NCBI GenBank assembly: GCA_964187785.1
Contig: OZ076409.1
Location: forward strand, 89,530,001-89,594,000
DNA: 64,000 nt
Direction: 5' to 3'
DNA from: Amphiscolops sp. MND2022
Lineage: Eukaryota
Below, piece after piece: positions 49,700 through 61,551 of this stretch (position 1 is its first letter; the number at the start of each line of letters is the position of its first letter). Position numbers and translations under genes: made by a program. A model generated the notes under the pieces. That model was given only the letters and a program-made list of their open reading frames with translations, searched no databases and had not been told where the DNA came from.

Positions 49700-51141
49700 C
49701 GCATTACGATACACGTAGCGGTGACTTCGATTTCAGTCACGCAGCGTAATCTGTGTAATCCGTAAAATGGTCACAGCGTAAGTTAGTCAAGACGGTCTAT
49801 GCTTCAACGGTGTAGCTGTGTCAACGCGCGTAATGGAAAAAAGTGTAAACTAGTCAAAACACGTAGTTAGTGAAAAGTGGAAGTTATTCCAAAAATACTC
49901 TTTTTCGTAATTCAGTCAAAACTTTGACTAACTTCCACTTTTTGCAAATTGCAGATCGCTATACTTGCAATAAGTGGAAGTTAGTCAAAGTTTTGACTAA
50001 CTTACACCATGTTCATATGCATTCAAAACTCAGTGTTCATTTTAATTCCAATTCATACCACAGCATCGTAAATCAGTCAAATTAAACAATGATTCAATAA
50101 ATAATTAGGTATCATTACTAAGCCCTACCGTGCATAGTACGTATAAACTGCATTCAATGCAAGTTGCACACGTGAAAACGTGTGTTTCATTCACGCATTT
50201 ACGTGCAAATAAAATACCTTGTAGCTTCTAATTAGTAAAATTATAACAATTGATTGATCTGTCAACAGGTTTCCTATTTTAGGAAAACATAATTTCAAAG
50301 CAGCCCTCATTAATAGTTGCCTAACTAATTTTAATTTTGGTCGCTGTCGTAAGCACGGTCACCGGAATGATTGCATAACTTGTTATTTTGGTCTGGGTAT
50401 TTTGAGCCAGGGTATTGACAAGGATCATGATATTATTCATTTATTACTATTAAAAAATTAATAACGTACATATGCGGTTTTGATCCCTGTCGTGAGCAAC
50501 ATCAAGAAAAGTTGAAACAAATAGTCTATACGAAGTTGAAACTTTATCAAACCGAAAACAGTAGTTTATGGAATACCGATCTTGAATCATTGAACTAAAA
50601 ACGAAGTTTGGACCATGTGCCTTATCCTTCTCAGATAAATACTGTTTCTTATCCAACAACACTCCCCCCCATCCAAGTCTTCCCAAACAAATGAAAGTAG
50701 GTCTCATAATGAAGGGGCGATTGCTTCATTGAACGTGGTAATTTTGGTCCCTGTCGTGAGCACTTCCATTAGTAGTCAGATTTACTGTTTATGCGATTTG
50801 ATTCTGTGTATGCAAATCAAGCAGTGTAGTTATGAGTCAGCGTGTGTAGCTTACCAGTAACAACCCGTAATTACCAGAACTATGTGTAAATATGAGATGC
50901 ACAGTGTAGTTAGTCAAATTGCTTAAACTAGTCAATTGGTGTAAACTAGTCAATTCTTGTACTATCCAATGGTGTAAACTAGTCAACGTACGAAGCTGTT
51001 TCAACTAGCGTAACGTCTTATCAATGCGCGTAATGTGTGACAAGTGTAAAACTTCCAAAAAAAAATATTCGCGCTCTGATTGGACAAAAATCGAACTAGC
51101 AGGATCCTGCTAGTTCATACCGGGATGTGTATCGTAATGCG
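49700..51141. mobile_element. Putative non-autonomous element bounded by ~23-bp imperfect inverted repeats
   Basis: CGCATTACGATACACGTAGCGGT / ACCGGGATGTGTATCGTAATGCG; internal (GTGTAAAC)TAGTCAA repeats; long hairpin at 49914-49998; 24-bp palindrome at 51093-51116; no TSD found. Confidence 0.55.
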
Positions 51142-51794
51142 TGCCCGGGGGTTGTGCCCAGCTCGAGCGCTGGCGCTATGCCGCCCAGAAGCCCATCCAC
51201 TTCGCCAAACTGGACTTTGTTACTTCGTTGTAGTGCTTATCGTATTTGTTTGATGAATTCTTAGCTCGAGGGCTACCCATATCATGTGCTATTTACATTA
51301 GATTCCCATCTGGAGAAAATCAGTTCTATGCTACTTTGTCGTTTTTATAGGCTATTTACGCAGTGGTTGCGAGAAGAAAGCGTAATTCATGTGACTTTTA
51401 GCAGTAACAGACTGGAATCAGGTCAGAAAGTATCCCAAGAGACGGTTCCCCCCCCCCATCTCCTTGGGGACCAACTACCCTTAGGAGGATAAAGTGAGCT
51501 TGAGAAAGGTCGAAGTGTATTGAAGTCTGCTTCAGCTTTTTTCTTGATACCAGTTTTCTTGTAGCGTCTATAATGAGGTTTTCTGTTTTCCGTAGCTCTT
51601 TCAATATTTTCTTATGTTCCCATCTTGCTAAGCGAGGTCGAACAGGAGCAAAGACCTAGCTGGAACGAAGATCGCGAAGCGATCGTAGTGGGAGCTGGTC
51701 TTTGCGACGGTGATGGCGAGCGTGCATACACCGTATATGACCCCATATTAAGTGGGGAGAAACACCTAATTCATTTTAAACGCTTCGCAGGAGC

Positions 51795-51949
51795 AAAAAC
51801 CGGATAAGGGACAATTTGCTGAAAGACAATTTGCCGAAACCCAATTTGCAGAACGTGAAGGGCAATTTGCAGAAAATTATTCGGCAAATTGTCCTCGAGT
51901 CAATTTTTGGCAAATAGTCTTTCGACAAATTGTCCTGTATCCGGTTTTT
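51795..51949. mobile_element. Short foldback MITE
   Basis: AAAAACCGGATAAGGGACAATTTG ... CAAATTGTCCTGTATCCGGTTTTT with internal CAATTTGC repeats. Confidence 0.7.
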
Positions 51950-52239
51950 CGTGTCGTAAGCTCCCACATCCCAGTAGGTTTTGTAGTATTTTGTTTCTGT
52001 TTTTTGCTCTTTCGTTCAAGCTCATTCCAGGACAGTTGAATGTTCTGACTGATATCTTTTTGTATACTCCGTAAGGTAGGGATTTGATGGCTCGGTCCAG
52101 TGAACTGGCTCCCATGATGAATACCATTAACACTACCTGTCTCTAAAAATCCTTCAAGAGGGCTTCCCAATCGTCAGTTTACCCGGTCTTTCGTTCAAAT
52201 CACCGAAACTTTTTGATCAAGTATGTATCATTATATATA

Positions 52240-52412
52240 CCACAGTGGCACGTATGCGCAGCACAGATGTTGGCTCCGAGGCGTAAACCAATTGAAATCC
52301 GAAGCGGCTGATCATCAAGTTTCAGGCCTAGGTTCTTACAAGGAACGACGTTCAGCCATTGAGACCAGAATTTGCCTCGATGAGCGTTAAAAACTTTGGA
52401 ACATTTGTTCGA
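52240..52412 (-). pseudogene. CRE-like RLE retrotransposon fragment
   Basis: SQWLNVVPCKNLGLKLDDQPLRISIGLRLGANIC..CHCG, homologous to 41350-41500. Confidence 0.85.
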
Positions 52413-52744
52413 AATAAAATGAATTAGAAATGAAATTATTTGACCGGGTTGTGGATAGAAAAAAGTTCTTTCAGCCCAAGTGCAGCGATAAACCAACAAA
52501 ACAGCGTAAGAGATGTCCAGTTGTCTCAAATTCAAAAAATTGCAATCTCTGAACGTATTCAATAGGTCACAACAGTTAGGAAAAGTGAACCATGGCGAAA
52601 GGTCTGGGTTTTTTCGAAACTGGATTCTAATTTTGGTTGAGTGAGCCCCTATCAATGCGTGTCCGTTTCAGAATTCTAAATTTTTAGATTCTGAAGTAGC
52701 AATATAACATTTTGTGTTGTTGCCTTTTTGTGGAAGGGTTGGGG

Positions 52745-53227
52745 TTGCCTTTTCCTGAGAACCAGTACATGTTTTAATCATCCAGCTCTCTTGGAGAAAT
52801 ATGACAAAACCGTGCGCGACGGACTTTCCAAAGTGTGTAACGTGAACTTCGACGAGATTTCGAGTACTCAGCTGGCTCTGCCTGCTGAGATTGGTGGTCT
52901 TGGGGTTTTATCCGCATCATTATTAGCACTGCCCGCCTTTTTGGCCTCAGCTTTTGGTGCGAGTGACTTTCTCACGATGATTTTCTCGGAAACATTCGAA
53001 GATGTTTCGTTTACAAAAGCGCTTGAGAAGTGGTTGAATTTGACGAATGAACAGGAAAGTCCTCTCGATGGAACTCAGAAAAATTGGACACAACCTGTCT
53101 ACGTCAAAACCGCCCCAGATTTGATTTCTAGAATGGATGACAAACGTTCGAAAGTTTTCAACGCTCATCAAGACAAATTCGGGTCTCAATGGCTGAACGT
53201 CGTTCCTTGCAAGAACCTAGGCCTGAA
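52745..53227 (+). pseudogene. CRE-like RLE retrotransposon fragment cut by the 16-kb duplication junction
   Basis: QLALPAEIGGLGV..ALPAFLASA..GSQWLNVVPCKNLGLK, then an abrupt switch to the 37032 sequence. Confidence 0.85.
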
Positions 53228-55620
53228 ACAACCCATTAAAAGATTGAGTGGAGTTCTTTTTTGAAGAATTATCAACAACAATTGATTTTGCCGTCCCCGA
53301 AAACAAGCCACCGAAAACAAAATAAACTTGATGAGGGATTATAATACTGACTCTCTCAATTGGAAAGGAAAGCAAGCTTCTGTCATTGTTCCCTATGGAC
53401 TAAGCGTCATCAATGACAACCAACCAACGAGGGTACAAGGAAATCCCAAGTGAAGTAGTTTCTATAAACAAGATTGTCCTGAGGGGATCTACACAATATT
53501 TTGCGAAATCATTGAGAAAGCGCTTGATAGTTGTACCTACAGAAAGACAGTTTTCGTCAAAAGTGATACAAATGTTTCCACTATGCATAACCAATGGATC
53601 AATACACAGACCGCGAACAGCTTTTGAAAAATCAACCTCAACTCAAACCCAAACGAGGCTGCCCATAAAACACTTAAACATGAATTCATCGATGATTTAA
53701 GCGCTAGTGAGATGGAATATCGAAAAATATTCTTTAAAGACTTGTCATCAGAAAAAGATGAATGGACCATTATAAACGAAGCCAGAAACGCTAATGGAAC
53801 TGCAACTACAAAATCGAGCTTGAAAAATTGTTTCCGTTATCTAGTACCTGGTGACTTACACTTTGCCGATTTTTTGAATTGTCGTTTTTCCAAAATCGGC
53901 AACTTTCTAGGCGATATGAAAGCTATATTCCACGGCTATATAGTGCAAAAAATCCAATGAAGTAACGTTTCATCCCATAAGTCTATTTGAATAAAAAACA
54001 TAACAGGAAAATGAAAATCAACAAACCTTTAGGACCATCAAAAATCCTGCATAGCCTCAATAGACGCGATGAAAGTTTACTGCTGAGCCACTCACGCTTC
54101 TCATTAACAGTTTGCTGGAGGAAGGAATATTCCCAAACCATTTGAAGCAAGCTTATGTTATCCCAAAACTCAAAAAAGGGGATTACGAAGAACCTAACAG
54201 TTTTCAACCTATTTGTATTACTCCTGCACTGTTTAAAATCTTTGAAAAAGTCTTTGAAAAGCCAAATCACTCATTACTTCTTGGATTCCGTGGAAATTGT
54301 TCTTCTGTTGATGCTTTGTTGTATGCTGTTGAGAACATCCGTTAAAAAATTTATGACAACGAAAACGTTGCTGCTGTATTGTTGAATCGTTTGAAAGCGT
54401 TTGATTCGATGTCGCAATATATTTTATTGGACAAATTGGAAGAACTTTTTTTCGGTAATCATGCAGTCTCATTAATACAAAGTTATCTAAAAAAATCAAA
54501 AAGTGATGCTCACCACTTGTAAATCGGATTGGATTCAAATATATCAAGGTGTTCCACAAGGCAAATTATTGGGTTCAATGTTTACGGCGTCTCAATGTTT
54601 ACGTCAAACCTGTTAGAAAATCAGTTTCTAATCTTTGTCTTTTTGTACAATATGTTGATGATACATTGATAAATTGATGTTTTCATCCCATCAAGATAAA
54701 AACCAAGCGATACAAATGAAAATGTAATAACTGGTGCATTTGTTTGAATGCAATAGAATGACTATCAATGCAGATATGAATGCATTCATAATTTTCTGTA
54801 AACCATCCTAAAACAATCAAAAAAAAATCTAAAGTTAGTGGTGAGAAATGAAACGATCAAAATTTCGGGGAGTGTCAAATAGCTTGGAATCATTCTTGAT
54901 CAGAACCTAAAATTTCAAAATGTAGTGAAAAATCTAATGAAATAAATTGCATGCGGAATCAAAACATTATACGCAATACATGAATCATTTCGCGAGCAAA
55001 CTTGGATAATGATATTGAATGCAATTGTTGTCAATCATCTTGCTTAATTGAAATTCCGAAAATCACTTACTTCTTTGGAAAAACAACTGAGCTGGCAGGA
55101 TAGAGCATGTTTTATTAGGGGAAAATGTGATCACTTAGCGGATCCGGAACTTTTGCATGTTTTTTTACCTATACGATATTTCTCGAAATTGAAGTCAACT
55201 TTGTTTTCTCTTGGAAGTTCTGTCACAACATGGTTCCCTCTTTAGCGAAAGATAAGAAACCAACTGATGCTGTTATTAGAGAAAATAAATTAATCGACAG
55301 ATCAAATCTATCTCAATATCAAAAGCGACAGTATCTTTATTGAAAATATCTTTTTCAGCAAATGGTTCTAATATGCAACACCTTACCGAAACTTTTGGAA
55401 ACGGAACGACATTCATATCAAACTAAAAAGGCGAAGAGGAAAAATTTTTTATCTGGAAAAATTCAGAAAGGAAATAAACATTCTCGAATATAACAAAAAG
55501 TGTTAGAAGGATTTTAAATTTCATCAAATTCCTGCTTTTCAAAAAATGTTGATTCACATGAATTTCAATAATTATGATTACCATGAAATTCTTTCAGCGT
55601 AGTACACTGCTTTGTTTCAA
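53228..55620 (+). mobile_element. CR1/L2-like LINE, copy 3 (5'-truncated, start of the 16-kb duplicate)
   Basis: Matches 37032-39430. Confidence 0.85.
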
Positions 55621-56720
55621 ACTCAAGTTGAATTTGTTTTTAAAAACAAAGGTAAAATTCAGTGTTTTTTGAAACCCAAAGGGGAGCTGAACTGGTTTTT
55701 ACGCAAATTCCTCCTTTTTAGTTCGCGAAAACCTGATTTCAGGCAAAAAATGACATCCTTGAAACAGTTTCAAAGTGTCGAAAACTGTGAAACAGGACAT
55801 GCATGCATTTATAGCATCCAATTTGTTGCAAAATTTCAAAAACTGGAAGAGAACTTGCAGAGAAACGACTAACTGTCACAGTGCTGGAACTGAAGAGATG
55901 TACCTGGCAAGAAAATTGAGAGATTCTCATTGAGTATCTGAGAATTCATAGTAAGTTTTAATAATTTCCAAAAAAGTCTTAAAATGGTCAAAAACCTCTG
56001 AATTTGCATCCAGATGTATCCAATTCACCGATCACACAAACAGCTACAGAGTAAGTTTCAATAAAAAAAGGTATCAAAAAAGTGCAAACACTCAATTTTC
56101 TTCTTTTTTTTCAAGAACTGCCAATGAAATTGAAACATTCGATAGAGAAAATACAAATGGCGGTCAAGTCATTTTGTCATTTGATACCAAAAACTTGTTT
56201 TCCAAAATTTAGCCACCGTAGACTCCTGATAGGAATTGAAGATTTTTATGAACAAAGTGTCAGAAACATTCTAACTAGCTTTCAAAATCGAACGGTTTTG
56301 GCGGGAAAGTTTCCGCGTTAGAAGAAATAACGTTCACTCTTTGAACATCAAGAACTGATACAACACTGAGAACACTGAAGAATACAGACATTGATCACCT
56401 AGCTACCTCTATCATTACAGCGACAGAAATGAAAACAAAATCAAATCAAAAGTATAACAGAAAGAAGAAAAACATTTCGAAAAATCAGATAATTCGAAAG
56501 AGGTATTCCGCAACATCATCAATAATGCTAAACTGGAGAAGTTTCTACAATCAACATTGTGCTGAGGGATCTACACAATATTTTGCGACATAATTGAGAT
56601 TGCGCTTGTTAGATGGCAGGAATAACACTTTTGGGTGTGTGCCAATATCCCAAAAAAAACACCCATCGCGGTGAAGCAATCCGTGTAAAAAAAACCAAAA
56701 CCTTGAATTGATAAAAATGA

Positions 56721-57687
56721 ATTTTGTTTCTTTCTTTATCAGATATCATGGATCTTCGTCATGAGTCAAGTGCCATGTTTATCAACATGTTGGGTGAGAA
56801 GACACACACCCGTGGTCTGCAACGAAAGCAGGGAACCCCATACCAGCCACTATCCCAGTAGACCAGTTACAAGAAAAACAACCAACAAACTACTCAAACA
56901 AGCCACTATGCAGTCGACCGGTGGAATTTTTTTGAAGCTGCTTTGATATAAAGGTAAAAAAAATTAGGCTATATGTAATAAATTTCTTCGAACGCATCTC
57001 TGTCGCTCACCGTTCCTAGAACACAGGCCGCATTGCCGATCTGAAGAGCCATTGAAATCCGTTGCTTCAAAAAGCTGCCAGCTCGTTGATCGTCGTGCGA
57101 ACGACAGAGCATTTTACAGAGACGCGTGATGAAAACTTCACTGCTCTCGCCTAAAAAACCCTGTACTTCCAAGGCCATCAGTTGAAAATTGTATCCAATG
57201 TCAATTAATTCTCGAAAATTCTCAATTTTACGCGCTTCAGCATCGGTGACGGTGGTTCCCAGGTTACATGAAGAGCCTTGATTGAAGCGACTGGGTGCAA
57301 GAGCATCCACAACCGTGACACCCCACACCAGCTGTTTACCCATTTCCCAAGGAATCATGGTAACACCGTCTGGGCGCTGGGCGTTTGTCATCAGTTCGGT
57401 ACAGTCCACGCGGTTCGAGCATTGAAGCCAAGTCGAGAGATCCCAACGTCTGCTTCATGACAGAATTGAGAGTAGCATGACGTGAGAAGCGACCAGCACT
57501 CAGAAAGACCTTGCAAACCGTCCCGTTCAACTTTTTACCACAGTGGCACGTATGCGCAACGCAGATGTTGGCACCGAGACGCAAACCAATTGAAATTCGA
57601 AGGTGCTGATCATCCAGTTTCAGGCCTAGGTTCTTCCAAGGAACGACGTTCACCCATTGAGACCCGATTTTGCCATTGAACATTTGA
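56721..57687 (-). mobile_element. Duplicate of the CRE-like RLE fragment
   Basis: Identical ORFs at +16187. Confidence 0.85.
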
Positions 57688-57706
57688 GAGCGACTTTTTC
57701 ATCAGA

Positions 57707-58239
57707 GTAGCGCTTTGTTCTTATCACAGGTTGAGAATTGTCGATTTCTTGATATTGGCCATCAATTTGTTTGCATTCAAATAATTTTCTAATTTTACAG
57801 TTGCATCATCTAGCTGACTTTGCTTTCGGGTTATGACTTTGAAATCATCTGCATAGCAAAAGCTATCAGCTTCATTTAGTAATTCAGGGAGATCGTTTAT
57901 GAATAGTAGGAAAAAGAGAGGACCCAAGATAGACCCCTGTGGGACCCCACTCGTCACTGCTTTTGGGGTAGACATGCTGTCCTTGATATGAACGTATTGT
58001 TTTCTATCAGTCATATACAATATGATTATAAAAAGCAGCTTTCCATCAATTCCATAGTTTTCTACCTTGTCATAGAATTCATAAAATCGGTCAAGGAACA
58101 CTAACAATTGGATTGTCGCTGATCTCCGTTTGCGGAAGCCAAATTGACTTTCGTGTAGTCGATCTTTGGTATGCTTGTATATACCGTCAAATATGACTTT
58201 TCCAGTGTTTTTGAAAGTTCTGATCAGCACAGCTTACAT
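57707..58239 (-). pseudogene. Duplicate of the LINE RT fragment
   Basis: Identical 168-aa ORF at +16187. Confidence 0.88.
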
Positions 58240-61200
58240 ACCCCCTAATAGCCCCCAACAATAGCGAATCTGGTTAGAACAATACGATTCTGCTTTCGAT
58301 CATATAGTCCGAACTGACTTCAAAGGTATGCTCTTCTTCGGAGACATGAATGCCGGACACATATACTGGGGAGACACAACTGCAAACGACCATGGAACCA
58401 TGTTAGTGGATGGATTGAACGAAAATGTCGCTGTGATCAAAAATGGTGAACCTACTTTCCTAGCATCAAATGGTCATAGCGTCACTGACTTATGCATTCT
58501 GACTCACTCCTTATCAAAACCGACATGTCTTTTAAGAGACAGTGAAACGGAGTTTTTCGCTGATGCTCCAGCCAGAAGACACATCTCAGTCTGTCTAGAG
58601 GTACAATTATCAGCGGAAGCTCACGCCGTACAAACCAAGCCATGGATAGAAAAGTCGGATTGGGAATCTCGGCGAAACTCTCCAGAACACGAATTTTGTA
58701 ACCCAGCAAATTGGAATGAGGATCCTGAGAGCTGCTGGGAGTTACTTAAACGCCTACTGAAGGAAGCTAAGAAACTCTATATTCCGACGTAACGAGCTAA
58801 TTAAAACAGCAAGCCGTTTTGGAACGAGGAACTCACTAAAGCCAGTAATAAAAAAAGGCTCTTGAGGCGCAAGTTTAAATACAACTCCAACTACCCAAAC
58901 GGTCAACATCTAGCGAAGGCGCTTCCACAAATTACTGTCGGAGAGCGCATCAACATGGATGAGTACGATTTTAGCCGAAATGGAATATAAGCACGGAAAA
59001 CAGTTCTGGTTAGTTTACAATAGGCTTTTCAAAACAAAAACCTGCGAGATGGGCCCTATTATTGATTCCGAAAAAAAATTGCTCTGCAAACAAAGGGATA
59101 TCGCCGAACATTTGAAGCTGAGATTCTTTGGAGCTGTACACTTGAAAAACCACACATTTGACAAAGATCATCGGCAAAAAATAGAGTATCTGCAAACGGA
59201 AGTCATATCCCATTGCAGGAGGAGACATTGGATAGATGAATTCACACTCACTCAACTGAAGAAATCCTTGAAAATTGTCAAAACCAGCTCGTTCGACAAG
59301 AATCTTATCCATCCCAGAGTGTTGCAAAGCTGGGGCCCGAATACCAAATTGACAGTTCTTGATTTATTGAATATGTACTGAATTGAATCAACTCGGTCAT
59401 AGGGAACTTCAAAGATCATTTTCGTCAAGAAAGCTGATAAGAACCCTTATGACATTGCATCAAGTTTTCAACCCGAGCTTATATCCTAAATGCGAATGGG
59501 CAAAATCGCATGAAAAATCTGCAGCCTTTCTGAACGTAGACATTGAGAAAGCTTTCGATAATGTGTGGCTCGACAACTTGATCTACAAATTGAAGAATTT
59601 GAAAAGAAATGGGAATTTGACAAAAATGATTGACGCCTTGCTTCGTTTGAGAAAAAGAAACAGAATAACCTAGATCATTACACTTCACCCCTGTTCAATA
59701 TCCATATTGGACTACCACAGGGAAACGTCCTCTCCCCTGTGCTTTTTATTATTTTCATCTCTGATTTCCTATCAAACTCAAATAACGCTTTATGTTTGCT
59801 GATGATTCTGCAGTGATGATACTTCAATCTGGACGAAAAATTACTGAATTGCTGAAGGAGACCTGCTTAGATATCGAAATGTGGTGTAGACGCTGGAGAT
59901 TGGGTGTAAACGGATCGAAAACCGAAATTTTGTCTTTACCCAATTCACACGAAGGCCTAACCCAGATCAACCGAAAGGGAGGAAACTGCAAAAACAGCGA
60001 AACCACGATTTCACTCGGGCTCAACATCAATTTTAAACTCAACTACAAACAATACACGGAACTCTCAGTTGCCAAAGATACAGGAAACTGGCATATCCTC
60101 CGAAAGAATTGCAGCACTATGTGAGGAATTACCCTTCTGACCCAAGTCTACCTTTACCGATCTGTCATACAACTCCAAGTTTTATATGGAGCACCAATAT
60201 GGGCTCAAAAGAACATCAAATCCCTACAACTCTTCCAAAACAATATCCTTAGATCAATCTTGAAAAACTGTATATTAGTACAACTGAAGCTCTCACAGGG
60301 ATTCCACCACTTGACTTTTTCTGCCAAAGTCTAGCTGTACAAATTTTGTTTAGAAAAACGCAAAAGAACGACCATAACAGACAGCCCACAACCAAGCAAT
60401 AACCAATAAATGCAGCAATAGTTGCGTCACCAAAACTTATTGGAGAAGGTATTGCAAAGTGACCAACACAACCAAAAATGGTTCACCCCTGAGTCGATAT
60501 CCGCAAATCTAAAAATTTTATGGCTGAACTGATGGAAAAGCCCATTGACCAATGTCTTCGTTAAAAGATTCATTCACTTGAAATCCGCTGTTGGTAAACC
60601 CTGCCCACATATTAGGAGAAATCCCTATTATGCAAACCGCATTTGCAGCCTACCAATGGCCAACACGACGATCTTCAATTAGATCAAATGGAAGTTAAAC
60701 AAATGTCCCTCTCCGAGGTGGTCATGTGGTGATGAAGACAAAGCATACCACTAACAAATGTTTTCAATCGTTTGTCAACCGCGATATTTTAGAGACAAGG
60801 TACTATCCGAATTCAATCGCTACAGAAGTGCTACTGGGTATACCTCCAATAGACATTGTTGTTCAGAACATCTCAGCCAGGTTTCCAACGAAAGTTCTAC
60901 AATATCATGATCATCTGAGGAAACGAGTTATTCAACAACTAAACTTATTAACATTCATCACCTCTCAGAGAAACATAATGGAACAATTTTACAGTCTGAA
61001 ATATATTGAATTATCTGACGACCATAGCTACTCCGAAGTTGTGAGTAGAAGTCACATCCTTCTTAGATGGAACTCCAGATGGGTTTACCCGGATTTTGCT
61101 ACATACCTGAAGACTTTTGTACATAGAGCATACATTGACCCAATGCGGATGAAAGGAAACGCTACTAAACAAAAAAATGCGGACCGCTATTGAACTACCA

Positions 61201-61549
61201 CTGAATATCAACCCCTCAATGAATAACTTCGCCTACAATAGAAGTGTAACTGCTAGCCCGCTCTGCTCTTGCAAAGAAACTGAAGAAACAGCTACTCATT
61301 TTTATTCGACTCTACAATATACGAAGCTATGAACCGACACGCAAACAATTTCAACCTGTACGACTTACGAGATTTTGTAAATCTGGTTGAATTCATACGA
61401 ACTAGCGGACGTTTCGACTAACCACAACATTCTTGTTTTGTCAAGTGTAAATTAATCTCTAGGTACTCATGATTCCTTATTCGGTGCTAAACATGCCCGC
61501 ACGAAAGGGGCTTTAAGGAGTTATAAAGTTTCTAATATTTAAATAAATA
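58232..61549 (+). mobile_element. Duplicate of the two plus-strand LINE fragments (42045-45362)
   Basis: Near-identical ORFs at +16187. Confidence 0.85.
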
Positions 61550-61551
61550 TA

